Assembly: GCA_903843045.1 (NCBI GenBank) | Contig: CAIMOJ010000027.1 | Coordinates: 1-54,255 of the forward strand | From: Candidatus Uhrbacteria bacterium | Lineage (GTDB): Bacteria; Patescibacteriota; Patescibacteriia; UBA9934; GWF2-40-263 | DNA length: 54,255 nucleotides | Direction of reading: 5' to 3' | In this document: in pieces, positions 28,730 through 36,648 of the stretch | Layout of the letters: every line of letters begins with the position of its first letter | How positions within the stretch are numbered: the first letter of the stretch is position 1 | Program-made: the position numbers and the translations under genes | Notes under the pieces: generated by a model | The model's database searches: none | What the model saw: only the letters and a program-made list of their open reading frames with translations | What the model was told of the DNA's origin: nothing

Positions 28730-29173
28730 ATGCCAACCCTCGCCACCAACAAGCGCGCCGCGTTCGACTACGAGTTTTTGGAAAAGCTCGAGGGCGGTTT
28801 GAAATTGACCGGGCCGGAGGTAAAGAGCGTGAAGGCGGGGCACATCCAGCTGCAGGGATCGTTCCTCCACATCTATCGCAACGAGCTGTGGCTGAAGGGC
28901 GCGACGATCTCCAAGTACGGCCCGGCCGGCGAGCAGCCGGGATACGATCCGATCCGCGAGCGCAAGATCCTCATCCACAAGCGCGAGCTCCAGCGCCTCA
29001 TCGGCAAGACCCACGAGAACGGCCTCACCCTCGTCCCCATCACCGTGTTCACCAAGCAGGCCCTCATCAAGCTCGAGTTCGCGCTGGCGAAAGGGAAGAA
29101 GCAGTACGAGAAGCGCGAGGTTCTGAAGAAGCGCGACGTGGAGCGCGACATCCGGGCACGGATGAAGGAGTAA
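28730..29173 (+). CDS. smpB: SsrA-binding protein SmpB
   Basis: NKRAAFDY, GLKLTGPEVKSVK, RKILIHKREL, GLTLVP, AKGKKQYEKRE. Confidence 0.97.
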   Translation: MPTLATNKRAAFDYEFLEKLEGGLKLTGPEVKSVKAGHIQLQGSFLHIYRNELWLKGATISKYGPAGEQPGYDPIRERKILIHKRELQRLIGKTHENGLTLVPITVFTKQALIKLEFALAKGKKQYEKREVLKKRDVERDIRARMKE

Positions 29174-29174
29174 C

Positions 29175-29205
29175 AAAAAACATCCAGCGTCGCTGGATGT
29201 TTTTT
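29175..29205. terminator. Bidirectional terminator shared by smpB and ssrA
   Basis: AAAAAACATCCAGC-gtc-GCTGGATGTTTTTT. Confidence 0.85.
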
Positions 29206-29602
29206 GGTGGAGCTGGGGAGAATCGAACTCCCGTGTAAGGACGCTCAGCCGGATGTTTCTTCAAGCTCAGTCCCGCCTGGATACGTTCGCATGATGTGAG
29301 CGGGACAAAACCCATGCGAACGGTCCCGCCTGCCTCCTCGGTGATGCTGGACGGAAACGGCATCACCCAGCCCGATGCTTATAACACCCGGATCCCGCTA
29401 TCGGACGTCAGGGGACGGATGGGCTGTTGCTATTAGGCGACAACCAGAGAGAAGGTCGGAACGGAGAACGCCGAAGCGATCATGTTCTTGGCCTTCGCGA
29501 AGACGTTGGCAATTGTCTTTTTGCAGGAAGGATTTACGAGGATCCCTACAACCTCGGCTTGCTCATCTGGCCTCCTGTCCCTAGCGAACCCCGGACAGCC
29601 CC
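29205..29602 (-). ncRNA. ssrA: tmRNA, one-piece, tag reading frame ANVFAKAKNMIASAFSVPTFSLVVA
   Basis: 5' GGGGCUG pairs 3' CAGCUCC-ACCA with G3-U70; T-arm GGGAGTTCGATTCTCCC; tag ORF 29510-29433 ends in tandem TAA TAG; adjacent to smpB. Confidence 0.93.
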
Positions 29603-29604
29603 CC

Positions 29605-29733
29605 TTCAGAAACCCTTGAAACTGGCGATCTGTCCTCGATCGGCTCCGGTCCTCCTACGGCGTATGTCTCTACACGCCTCCGTCCGGTCCTCGCCGATCG
29701 ACGACATCTCATCCATTTTCAAGGGTTCCTGAA
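29605..29733. ncRNA. Long imperfect hairpin directly 5' of tmRNA (candidate ncRNA or leader)
   Basis: 17-bp closing stem with 1 mismatch (29605-21/29717-33), 9-bp stem (29636-44/29693-701), symmetric internal loop, apical stem. Confidence 0.45.
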
Positions 29734-29804
29734 ATGCGTCTCGGAAACAAAGTATCTCAGAAAAATCGTCGCGCGTCAATCGATTGTGCTATAATCTTCT
29801 CGTT

Positions 29805-30824
29805 ATGCCCTCGCCCATCATTCCTCAGGACCACACCATCAACGTCTCCACGCTCACCTTCGTCAAGGTCGTGCTCATTGGCATTTCCGCGTGGTTCCTC
29901 TGGTTCATACGGGACATCGTGGCGATGCTGTTCGTAGCGCTGCTCCTGGCCGCGCTCATCGACCCGCTGGCGGACTGGTTCGCGCGGAACAAGGTTCCTC
30001 GCGCGGTGGCGGTGGTCATCGTGTACCTGGCGCTCGGGCTGGTCGCGTCCATCGTGACGGTGCTCATCGTGCCGGTCATCATCGACCAGGTAACGCAGCT
30101 GTTCGGATCCGGGCCGTTCGCGACGGTACTGCAGGAGGGGGTTTTGAAGGTGCGGACGCTGTTTGACGTGCAGAACTTTCTCGCGTCGCTTCTCTCCGGG
30201 CAGTCGACGTCCGTGACGTCGGTGTTCTCGCAGGTCGCGGGGTTTCTCTCGGGGTTTGTCGCGCTGTTCGTGGTGCTGGTGCTCGCGTTCTACATGATCG
30301 TGGAGGAGGACGCCGCCCGGAAGCTGTTCCGAAGCTTCGCGCCGGTCGAGTACCAGCCGTTCATCGCGCAGATGATCGCGAAGATGCAGACGAAGATTGG
30401 CGCGTGGCTGCGGGGGCAGCTGCTGCTTGGGCTGATCGTGGGCGTCTGCCTGTTCGTGGGGCTCGTGATCCTCAACGTGAAGTACGCGCTGCTGCTCGCG
30501 GTGCTTGCCGGGCTGTTCGAGATCATCCCATACGTGGGACCGACCCTGTCGCTCATCCCGGCCGTGATCATCGGGTTCGTGCAGTCGCCGGTCAAGGGTC
30601 TCGCCGTGCTGATCCTCTACCTGGTCGTTCAGCAGCTTGAGAACCACATCCTCGTCCCGAAGATCATGCAGAAGGTGACGGGGCTGAACCCGATCGTGTC
30701 CATCGTCGCTCTCATGGTTGGCGTGAAGCTGGCCGGGCTCGTTGGGGCGATCCTGTCGATTCCCGTCGCGACCATGGTCGCCGTCGTTCTCGAGGACCTG
30801 TTTCGAACCGGAGATAAAACATAA
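29805..30824 (+). CDS. AI-2E (PerM/TqsA) family transporter
   Basis: KIGAWLRGQLLLGLIVG, LFEIIPYVGP, QQLENHILVPKIM, LAGLVGAILSIP; TGcTATAAT-N9-ATG. Confidence 0.92.
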   Translation: MPSPIIPQDHTINVSTLTFVKVVLIGISAWFLWFIRDIVAMLFVALLLAALIDPLADWFARNKVPRAVAVVIVYLALGLVASIVTVLIVPVIIDQVTQLFGSGPFATVLQEGVLKVRTLFDVQNFLASLLSGQSTSVTSVFSQVAGFLSGFVALFVVLVLAFYMIVEEDAARKLFRSFAPVEYQPFIAQMIAKMQTKIGAWLRGQLLLGLIVGVCLFVGLVILNVKYALLLAVLAGLFEIIPYVGPTLSLIPAVIIGFVQSPVKGLAVLILYLVVQQLENHILVPKIMQKVTGLNPIVSIVALMVGVKLAGLVGAILSIPVATMVAVVLEDLFRTGDKT

Positions 30825-30827
30825 CCT

Positions 30828-31271
30828 ATGCTATTTCACAAGCGCCGCTCGTTCTATCCGCTCGCCATCGCTCTTTTGACGCTCGCCCTCGGGTCCTTGA
30901 TGTTTTACACCCTCGACACTCGCCTCCCTCTCCTTCAAAAGGAGAGGGCCGGGGTGAGGTCTACGGACGCGTCGACGACTCCCGCCGTGACCGATGCCGA
31001 CTATCGAACGAACTCACACGCCGTGATTGCCCCTTTTCTGGCGTCGTACGGCGCCGCGACCAACGACGCGATCAAGCTCGCCGCCGTCGAAGACGCGCTC
31101 GCCGCGCTCATACCGGTTACCGTCCCCGCCTCCTACAAGGACGTCCATCTTGGCCTCGCGGTCTCGTTATCCCTGATGCGCGACGGATTGCGCGGGGAAG
31201 ACGGATCGCTCGATGCCGGATACGCCAAGCTGACGAAGATCGTCGCGACCGAACCGTGGCTCGCGCCGTAA
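30828..31271 (+). CDS. Hypothetical membrane-anchored protein
   Basis: N-terminal TM then helical domain; in operon context. Confidence 0.65.
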   Translation: MLFHKRRSFYPLAIALLTLALGSLMFYTLDTRLPLLQKERAGVRSTDASTTPAVTDADYRTNSHAVIAPFLASYGAATNDAIKLAAVEDALAALIPVTVPASYKDVHLGLAVSLSLMRDGLRGEDGSLDAGYAKLTKIVATEPWLAP

Positions 31272-31277
31272 TCCCGC

Positions 31278-31904
31278 ATGGCCCGCGTTGAGAAAAACCA
31301 ACCGATGGCGGAGGAGATGTCGCAGATGAAGGGCGATATCTTGAAGGCCGTGCACAAGGGCAAATCGAAGCGCCCGTGGTTTCGGTCGTGCGCCATTCTG
31401 CTTTTCGTCGCGATCCTTTGCGCGGGCGGGTTCGTCGCCTGGACCCTTGCCGCGACGGGACTCGCAAGCGTTCCCGTCCTCTCGTCCTGGGCGTACAAGG
31501 CGCCATCCCCGCAAAGGAAGGTCGCCCCCGGCCTTTCGCTGGAGGCATACCTGAAGAGCGGGTCGTTCAAGGGAAACGTCGCGGATATCCCGGAAACGAC
31601 CATGACCGCGCTTGTCCAGGACGTGCTTTCCACCGACGGGCAGACCTGGTTTGACGAGCATGCGTCGCAGGCAACAAAAAACGACGACGGGGAGGGGGTT
31701 GAACTGTACCTCCCTTTGCGCGACAATGCGCAGAAGAGCGCCATCAGGGCGCGTCTCGACGTCTCGTTCGACAAGGGAAAGGTCGCCGTATCCGTCTCGG
31801 ACGTGACGCTTGGCTCCTGGAAGCTTTCCCCTTGGCTCGTTTCGTCCGTGATCGCTCCGGCCATCGCGCCTACCGTCAGTTCGATAAACGCGTCTCTCCC
31901 ATGA
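31278..31904 (+). CDS. Hypothetical membrane-anchored protein
   Basis: Single TM near N-terminus; operon spacing of 6 nt. Confidence 0.65.
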   Translation: MARVEKNQPMAEEMSQMKGDILKAVHKGKSKRPWFRSCAILLFVAILCAGGFVAWTLAATGLASVPVLSSWAYKAPSPQRKVAPGLSLEAYLKSGSFKGNVADIPETTMTALVQDVLSTDGQTWFDEHASQATKNDDGEGVELYLPLRDNAQKSAIRARLDVSFDKGKVAVSVSDVTLGSWKLSPWLVSSVIAPAIAPTVSSINASLP

Positions 31905-32671
31905 TCCTGATCCACCGCGTCACCCCGTTTCTCATCGGTCTCGCGACGGCCCTCGGGTTTGCCGCGCTCTTGAACTTCCAACGGAACCCGCTTGGCGCGA
32001 TGGCGGTCACCTTGCTCGTCGTCGCGGCGCTCTACGTTCGCCTGGTTGGATTTTCCCCGCGATCGTTCCAATTCTGGATGTTGGTCGGTACGCCGCTCCT
32101 GTTTCTCGGATCCAGCTTCGGCCTCATGCTTTTTCTTGAGAATCCAAACGCCGAGTTCGCGCTTGCGGTCGTCGTGTCGCTGTTCGTCTTCTTCTTCGCG
32201 GAACACGTCTTCTCCTACGTCCATCTTCCGGCGAACTACGAGACCTACGCCATCGAGCACCTGTCGCTCGTGCTCAACGTGGCGAGCGTGTTCTTCGTAA
32301 GCGTCGTCGCCTTCGGCATGCGGATCTTCCTGACCATCTACGCCCCGATCTGGCTGCTTTCCGCGCTGTTCTTCGTCGTCTCGCTGTTCGTCATCTTCGG
32401 CACGCTGTGGGCAAGCAAGGTGGACGTGAGCCATGCAAGGCTGTACGCGATCTGCGGAGCCCTGCTCGTGACCGAAATCTTCCTCACCGTGACCTATCTT
32501 CCAACCGGCTTCTATACGAACGCCGCGCTCATCGCGCTCACGGCCTACCTCTTCCTGGGCTTGACGCGAGCCAGATTCGTTGAGAGCCTGTCGAAATCGA
32601 CCGTTCGAAGGTACTTGGTGACCGGCGTCGTTCTGCTGGTGATGATCCTCGGATCGGCGCGGTGGACATAA
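31901..32671 (+). CDS. Polytopic membrane protein (DUF5656-like, tentative)
   Basis: About 8 hydrophobic helices; ATGA overlap; TYLPTGFYTNA motif; family recalled from CPR context only. Confidence 0.6.
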   Translation: MILIHRVTPFLIGLATALGFAALLNFQRNPLGAMAVTLLVVAALYVRLVGFSPRSFQFWMLVGTPLLFLGSSFGLMLFLENPNAEFALAVVVSLFVFFFAEHVFSYVHLPANYETYAIEHLSLVLNVASVFFVSVVAFGMRIFLTIYAPIWLLSALFFVVSLFVIFGTLWASKVDVSHARLYAICGALLVTEIFLTVTYLPTGFYTNAALIALTAYLFLGLTRARFVESLSKSTVRRYLVTGVVLLVMILGSARWT

Positions 32672-32712
32672 ATTAGCTTCGTACTTCGTAACCACAGAGC
32701 CCTCACGGCCTT

Positions 32713-33777
32713 ATGAAATATTCCAATACGCACGCGATCAAAACCACCTTCCTCGCCCTCCTCCTCGGTCTTGGCGGGGGAACGATCTCGGCGGCGCTGA
32801 CCACGAACTACCTGAACGACTACGCGGTATCGCTCGGGCAGGCCTCGACGCCACCGCGATTGTCGGAGGAGCGGCCGCGAACGACTCCTATGACGTACGC
32901 CGATGCCGTGCATGCGGTGACAGAGGGCGTCCTTCCGGGGGTCGCGCAGATTTACGCGGTCGGATCGTTCGCGAAGCCGATCGCGTCCGGGGCGGTACTT
33001 ACGTCGGACGGATGGATGGTCACGCTTGTCGATCGATTGCCGGGCATGTCCGGCCTGTCCGTCGTCGTTGGCGGACACGTGCATTCGATCGTGAAGGAAG
33101 TTGCGGACCCGTCGACCGGCGCGACGTTTTTGAAGCTCGACGCGACGAACCTTCCGGTGTTCGCGTTCGGGAGCGGGTTCGACCTGCTGCCAGGCGACCA
33201 GCTGTTCGCGGCAGCTTCTCCGTCGGCGCTGTTTTCGGAATCGCTCGTCGAATCCCATATTCCGGCAGGACCGCTTTCGGCGGACGCCCTGGCACGACGA
33301 CTGTCCGTGGCAGACCCGCTCATCGGATCGTTTCCGGGCACGCCGGTCGTGAACGCGCGCGGGGAGCTCGTCGGGCTTGTGGAGGGCGGGGCGTTTGGCT
33401 TCTCGACGATTTTGCCGACGGACGGTCTGCTCGTGGCGTTCAACGGCCTGTTGCGCGAGGGGGTCATTGCGAACCCGTCCCTTGGCGTTTTGGCGACGGA
33501 CCTGTCGCACACGATCGGGCTGAGCGAGAAGGACACGGGCGGATTGTCGCAGGGCGCGCTGTTGCTCGGGCCATCGTCGATCAAGAAGGGGGGCGCGGCG
33601 GCAGTGGCGGGATTGCTCGCGGGAGACGTGATTCTTTCCGCGGACGGAACCGCCATCGACGCGCATCGGTCGCTCGACGAGCTCGTTGCGACCCACGCGG
33701 TCGGCGACACGCTGACGCTGCGCGTCTCGCGGGACGGCAAGGAGATCGAGATCAAGGTCACGCTCGGCGCGATGTGA
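32713..33777 (+). CDS. HtrA-like S1C/PDZ protein with degenerate catalytic triad
   Basis: GAVLTSDGWMVT and GTPVVNARGELVG fold motifs plus PDZ, but TLVDR replaces TNxH and GSFPG replaces GNSGG. Confidence 0.8.
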   Translation: MKYSNTHAIKTTFLALLLGLGGGTISAALTTNYLNDYAVSLGQASTPPRLSEERPRTTPMTYADAVHAVTEGVLPGVAQIYAVGSFAKPIASGAVLTSDGWMVTLVDRLPGMSGLSVVVGGHVHSIVKEVADPSTGATFLKLDATNLPVFAFGSGFDLLPGDQLFAAASPSALFSESLVESHIPAGPLSADALARRLSVADPLIGSFPGTPVVNARGELVGLVEGGAFGFSTILPTDGLLVAFNGLLREGVIANPSLGVLATDLSHTIGLSEKDTGGLSQGALLLGPSSIKKGGAAAVAGLLAGDVILSADGTAIDAHRSLDELVATHAVGDTLTLRVSRDGKEIEIKVTLGAM

Positions 33778-33791
33778 TATACTGAGGGCAT

Positions 33792-34442
33792 ATGGCAACC
33801 ATCAACTATACCTCCATTCTTTTCGACCGGGCCAGGACCATCGGCGCGTTCTGCGTCGTCGGGCTCGTCGTCGCGCTGCTCGTCTGCTTCGTGCAGCCGC
33901 TCAAGTATTCGTCCACCGTCCGGCTCCTCGTGATGCAGGACCTCGGCTCGGCCACCGACGCGTACACGGCCAGCCGTTCCGAGGAGCGCATCGCCGAGAA
34001 CCTGTCGACGATCGTGTATACGACGACCTTCTTCGACGAGGTGATGAAGGCCGGCTTTTCCATTCAGGAGCGATACTTCCCAACCAAGGATTACAAGAAG
34101 CGCCAGGAGTGGGCGAAGACCGTCGACGCCACGATCGCGCGCGGGTCGGGACTCATGACCATCACGGCCTACCACCAGGACGTCTCGCAGGCCGAGCAGA
34201 TTGCCCGCGCCGTGGCGTCCGTGCTCACCGCGAAGGCGAGCGAGTACACGTCGGGCGGGGGAGTGCAGGTAAAGCTCATCGACGCGCCGTTGAACTCGCG
34301 GTATCCCGTGAAGCCGAATATTCTGGCAAACGCGGTATCCGGGGTTGTCCTGGGCGGACTGGTCGGAATCGGATTCGTGCTCATGCAATATGAGAAAATC
34401 CGCCGGCGCCACCAATTCGTACATGAGGATAACATTGCTTGA
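33792..34442 (+). CDS. Wzz/YveK-like polysaccharide chain-length determinant
   Basis: Two terminal TM helices, PLKYSSTVRLLV, PVKPNILANAVSGVVLGGLVGI; TGaTATACT-N8-ATG. Confidence 0.75.
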   Translation: MATINYTSILFDRARTIGAFCVVGLVVALLVCFVQPLKYSSTVRLLVMQDLGSATDAYTASRSEERIAENLSTIVYTTTFFDEVMKAGFSIQERYFPTKDYKKRQEWAKTVDATIARGSGLMTITAYHQDVSQAEQIARAVASVLTAKASEYTSGGGVQVKLIDAPLNSRYPVKPNILANAVSGVVLGGLVGIGFVLMQYEKIRRRHQFVHEDNIA

Positions 34443-34467
34443 CGAAAACAGGCGTAAATGTTAGCAT
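34439..34467 (+). promoter_or_regulatory. Promoter firing into the 34476-34564 hairpin
   Basis: TTGACG-N17-TAGCAT with TG extension; the -35 contains the Wzz TGA stop. Confidence 0.6.
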
Positions 34468-34475
34468 AATGGCAC

Positions 34476-34564
34476 AAAAAGCCCATTCAGAGGGTCGGGA
34501 CCAGCGTTCGTGATGACTCCTCCTTATCGCGCTCGCAAGGCCCGGCTCTCTGAGTGGGCTTTTT
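34476..34564 (+). ncRNA. Candidate ~90-nt sRNA with anti-SD-like loop
   Basis: Promoter upstream; 17-bp plus 7-bp stem; loop contains CTCCTCCTTA; ends in T5. Confidence 0.5.
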
Positions 34565-34585
34565 GCGTTATTTCACCCAAACCCC

Positions 34586-34614
34586 TTGACACTTTCCTCC
34601 AAATGTGATATTCT
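34586..34614 (+). promoter_or_regulatory. Promoter of MopE-motif gene 1
   Basis: TTGACA-N17-TATTCT with TG extension; about 220-nt structured leader follows. Confidence 0.75.
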
Positions 34615-34838
34615 CCGACCTTGCTAATCGTTCTTTCCCGTTGCCTCGATTGGCCCGACGTCTCCCTGGCACACCTCCTCCTTGTGCCAGGATCGGACGC
34701 CGGACCAATCGACGCCGCGGGGAATCCTCTTCCGCACGTCAACAAACCCCGGTAACACGGGGTGCAGCGACGCGCGGGGATGGTCCTCGCACGTCAAACA
34801 CCCCGGTGCAAGCCGGAACCCCAGCCAGGAGATCAACC

Positions 34839-36233
34839 ATGACCCAGACCCTCAAGACCAACGGAGGCTCCATGAGCCAGATTTCTTTCCTCGCCCTCGT
34901 GGGCGTTCTCGTCAGCACCCCGGCGTTCGCCGTCACCCCCTGCGCCCCGGTCGCGCCCTGCAAGTCGGCCCCGGTCGTCGAGCCCCTCAAGGACTGCGGG
35001 GCCGCGAACGACGAGCTCTGCACCGAGGCGACGGACGTCGACAAGGACGCCTACTACAGCGACAGCAAGTCGCGCCTCGACTGCGACGACACCAAGGCGA
35101 CCGTCCACCCGACCGCGACCAGCGTGATCGGCGACGGCCTCGACAACGACTGCAGCGGCGACACCGACGACGAGGAGCTCGCCGCGGCGCTCATCGCGGC
35201 CGGCGGCGAAACCAGCCCCGCGGGCATCGCGCTCGCGAAGGACATCGACTCGTGCTGGAACAGCACGGTCGTCGGCGCGGAGGACGCGTACTGGTCCAAG
35301 GGGTCCAAGAAGCCCTGGACCTGCAACGGCCTGGCCGACGGCCTCTCGTTCGAGCGTGGAAAGGGTGTCCTGACCGAGACCCAGACCCACGACCTCGAGT
35401 CCGCCCGGCGCATCGCCGGCGACCGCGCGGTGGCCGCCAAGGCGAAGGCCGAGGCCGAAGCCGTGATCGCGGACGCGAAGGCGACGATGAAGGCCGACGT
35501 GGACGCCGACAAGGCGTACTTCGCGGAGCTGATCTCGCAGAGCGAGGCGACCGTTGTCGAGCTCAGCGCGAAGATCGACGCGTACGATGCCCGGCTCGCC
35601 CAGTTCGAGCTCGACGCGAAGCACGCGGCCTCCCTCCAGAAGGGGATCGACGCGCGGCAGAACGATGCCATCGGCGCGAACACCGCCGACATCGGCGACC
35701 TGCAGCGGCGTGGCGTCATCTTCGAGATCGGCGCCGGCGCCGGTTTCCTCGCCCAGCGCTCGCTGGTCGATGCGGACGGCACGGTCTACCGCAGCGGGAT
35801 GGTCGGCTTCGGCAACGTCGTCGCCAGCATCGGGTACGGGATCCCGAACGCCAGCCTCACCCTCGACCTGAGCTTCGGCGAAGGGTCGACGGGGAGCCTC
35901 GGCGGGACGGTCCCCGACACGGTCGCCTCGGCGGCGGTGGTCGGCCAGTACCGGCACGGCGACATGGCCATCGGTCCGATGCTCACGCTCAGCAGCAGCG
36001 CCACCGGCAACCCGCTGGACTCGGGCGTGAGCGGCTGGGGCCCGGGCATCGGTGCCGCGGCCTCCTGGTTCGCCCCGAACGAGAAGGGGCTGCGGATCGA
36101 GGTCAAGACCCACCTCACGGTCGGTCTCGAGAACTTCGGCACGGACACCAGCCTGACCACCAAGTACTGGGACTCCGGTCTCATGGGCGAGGGCGGCGTC
36201 ACCGTTCTCGTCGGTGGCGGTCCCCGCAAGTAG
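34839..36233 (+). CDS. Secreted protein: one MopE-type metal-binding motif, coiled coil, C-terminal beta-barrel-like domain
   Basis: DCDDTKATVHPTATSVIGDGLDNDCSG; signal peptide ending TPAFA; two in-frame SD-ATG starts (34839, 34872). Confidence 0.75.
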   Translation: MTQTLKTNGGSMSQISFLALVGVLVSTPAFAVTPCAPVAPCKSAPVVEPLKDCGAANDELCTEATDVDKDAYYSDSKSRLDCDDTKATVHPTATSVIGDGLDNDCSGDTDDEELAAALIAAGGETSPAGIALAKDIDSCWNSTVVGAEDAYWSKGSKKPWTCNGLADGLSFERGKGVLTETQTHDLESARRIAGDRAVAAKAKAEAEAVIADAKATMKADVDADKAYFAELISQSEATVVELSAKIDAYDARLAQFELDAKHAASLQKGIDARQNDAIGANTADIGDLQRRGVIFEIGAGAGFLAQRSLVDADGTVYRSGMVGFGNVVASIGYGIPNASLTLDLSFGEGSTGSLGGTVPDTVASAAVVGQYRHGDMAIGPMLTLSSSATGNPLDSGVSGWGPGIGAAASWFAPNEKGLRIEVKTHLTVGLENFGTDTSLTTKYWDSGLMGEGGVTVLVGGGPRK

Positions 36234-36262
36234 GCTCTCCGTGGGTACCCACTCCCACACCT

Positions 36263-36296
36263 CCCCGGCAGTTCATACTGTCGGGGATTTTTCTTT
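36263..36296 (+). terminator. Terminator of MopE-motif gene 1
   Basis: CCCCGGCAG-ttcata-CTGTCGGGG then T-rich run. Confidence 0.7.
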
Positions 36297-36312
36297 CGGG
36301 CTACGGCCCGAA

Positions 36313-36441
36313 GGCTGCGAATAACGTATGAGCTACATATCACACAAATTGTTACGTATTCCTACAAACCAGTGTAATATCAGCATCCGCTGCGATTCGT
36401 AGCAATACGTAGGATGTGCAGCTCATACGTTATTCGCAGCC
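36313..36441. repeat. AT-rich 129-bp element with perfect 22-bp terminal inverted repeats
   Basis: GGCTGCGAATAACGTATGAGCT (36313-34) is the exact reverse complement of 36420-41. Confidence 0.9.
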
Positions 36442-36450
36442 CGTTTTCCC

Positions 36451-36479
36451 TTGACAAATCTCACTATTCCTGCTACAGT
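36451..36479 (+). promoter_or_regulatory. Promoter of MopE-motif gene 2
   Basis: TTGACA-N17-TACAGT with TG extension. Confidence 0.75.
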
Positions 36480-36648
36480 ACGACCTTGCCAGAAATGACG
36501 CGCGAGACACTTGTCGAAAGGACATCAAACCTTTCGCCAGATGCCTCCCGCTTCTCGACGCAATCCCGCGTCTGAAAGTGGGTCCAGTCCGGCTTCCCAC
36601 AAGGGCCGGTTCCCAGCCCTGTGGGGCAACATCACCAAGGAGTCTCGA

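Noticed and set aside
34488-34499. GAGGGTCGG in the sRNA stem as another copy of the octamer repeat
   Set aside because: Only 9 bp, lacks the AAGGTTCGAAG core and is explained by stem pairing.
36495-36575. c-di-GMP riboswitch in the MopE gene 2 leader (GTC-GAAA-GGAC hairpin)
   Set aside because: Lacks the GGCAAAC and GACGCAAAGC conserved segments; structured but unassignable.
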